This document shows positions 62,613-64,000 of a stretch of DNA of 64,000 bases, piece by piece. The position numbers were made by a program, and so were the translations under genes. The stretch lies in the NCBI GenBank assembly GCA_030324005.1, contig JARDVH010000084.1, forward strand, positions 95,652,876-95,716,875. Direction: 5' to 3'. Positions within the stretch are counted from its first letter, which is position 1; every line of letters begins with the position of its first letter. The notes below the pieces were generated by a model, which was not told the DNA's origin, searched no databases, and saw only the letters and a list, made by a program, of their open reading frames with translations. Source of the DNA: Negaprion brevirostris. Lineage: Eukaryota.

Positions 62613-64000
62613 TAAAGGTGTGGTTGAATTTTGGCGTACATATCATACATGTCAGACGGTAGGCAAGCCACAGGCAGTGATAAAGCCAGTGCCTTTGATG
62701 CTAATTCCTTCACTTGAAGAACCCATTACATGGGTTATAGATGATTGTGTAGGTTCCCTCCTAAAACCAAAAGTGGGAACCAGTATTTGCTAACTGTAAT
62801 GGAAGTGTTCACAAGGTTTTCAAAGGCAGTTACTTTATGGAGGCAAAAAAAGGTTGTGGAGGAGTTGCTTGCTTTCTTTACCCGTTATGGATTATCCAGG
62901 GAGATTCATTCAGACCAAGGGTCCAATTTTATTGCCAAATTATTTAAGGAGGTTATGGATAGTTTAGGTATCAGACACTTTACATTGAGTGCAGATCATC
63001 CTGAATCCCAGGGAGCATTGTAAAGCTGGCAAAAGACCCTGAAGACCATGTTGAGGGCTTACTGCCAGGATTAGCCAACTGATTAGGATAAAGGTATCCC
63101 CTTTATATTACGTGCTTTAGAGATGCTCCAAATTAATTGACTTTACTCCATTTGAATTGATATTCGGACATGAAATAAGAGGACCTTTAAAATTAATTAA
63201 GGAAAAGTTGGTGGGTCCAAAGTCAGATCTCACAGTTAGATTATGTATCTGAGGTGAGAGAAAGATTAAATAGTGTGGGTGAATTAGCTAGACAACATTT
63301 GAAAGTGGCTCACCACCTAATGAAATAAGAAACAGGTAAGAAATCTAAAATTTGTACATTTACCTGTGGGGATAAAGTATTGCTGCTATTACCAGTGGTA
63401 GGAGAATCCTTCAAAGCAAGGTTTAGTGGTCCCTATCGGATTGAGAAGAAGTTTTCAGGTGAATTATCTGGTAAAGATGACAGATAGGAAAAAATGTATA
63501 GGGTATGTCATGTGAATATGCTAAAACAGTACAATGACGCAGAAAGGGAACCTGAGAAACAGGTACCAAAAGAGAAAATGCTGGAAAATCTCAGCAGGTC
63601 TGGCAGCATCTGTAAGAAGAGAAAAGAGCTGAATCCTGACTCAAAAAGTCATTTCTTTTCTCTCCTTACAGATGCTGCCAGCATCCAGATTCCAGCATCC
63701 ACAGTAATTTGCTTTTATTACTGAGAAACAGGTATTAGTTACTGCCACTCGGAGTGAGGAATCAAATCCAGATAATGTGGATTTTGATGTGCCTCAGAAT
63801 AAATTGAGTAATGAAGAAATCCTTAAGGAATGGAATAGGACAATGAGCGATCTGTCCTAGGAACAGAGAATTGAACTGAAAGACTTGTTACAATGTTATG
63901 AGGACCAATGTACAAATAGAATGGGGAGGACTATTGATATAGTATGTGAGGTTGACATAGGTAATGCTATTCCGATAAAACAACACCCCTATCTGCTTAA

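Larger units (their letters stand above)
59130..64000 (+). mobile_element. Decayed Ty3/Gypsy LTR retrotransposon, Gmr1-like order (gag-PR-IN-RT), truncated by the window end
   Basis: gag with SCAN-like IILLEELKNSLP and CFHCDTMGHKKKQC knuckle (~61215); protease LRDTRASLSLI (~61500); integrase GGHLGVRK, KTKSGNQYLLTVM, IHSDQGSNF, HPESQGAL (62.2-63.1 kb); RT N-terminus PIKQHPY at the end; many stops and frameshifts. Confidence 0.9.

Overview
Eukaryotic draft-assembly sequence with many N gaps. It is almost certainly from a cartilaginous fish, judging by HE1/V-SINE-like and Deu-domain SacSINE1-like SINEs and abundant CR1 LINEs. The window holds the 3' half of a SYNGAP1 orthologue on the minus strand: 9 coding exons from the RasGAP domain (53484) to the stop codon (10358), equivalent to human exons 10-13, 15-18 and the alpha terminal exon. 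The rest is intron or intergenic DNA full of decayed retroelements, including a Gmr1-type Gypsy provirus at 59.1-64 kb. The most interesting parts concern C-terminal isoform architecture. (i) The alpha1 reading frame has the same length and stop position as in mammals but ends QPTPG rather than the PDZ ligand QTRV. (ii) A CpG-rich island at about 17.9-20.8 kb in the last intron contains a candidate alternative exon with a distal branch point, an inverted duplicated CCAAT/CRE/GC-box/TATA-like cassette, a candidate internal first exon and a candidate antisense exon. (iii) No exon-14 equivalent or canonical beta acceptor is visible. Comparisons to human proteins are from memory of the family and should be confirmed by alignment. 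Repeat boundaries are approximate.
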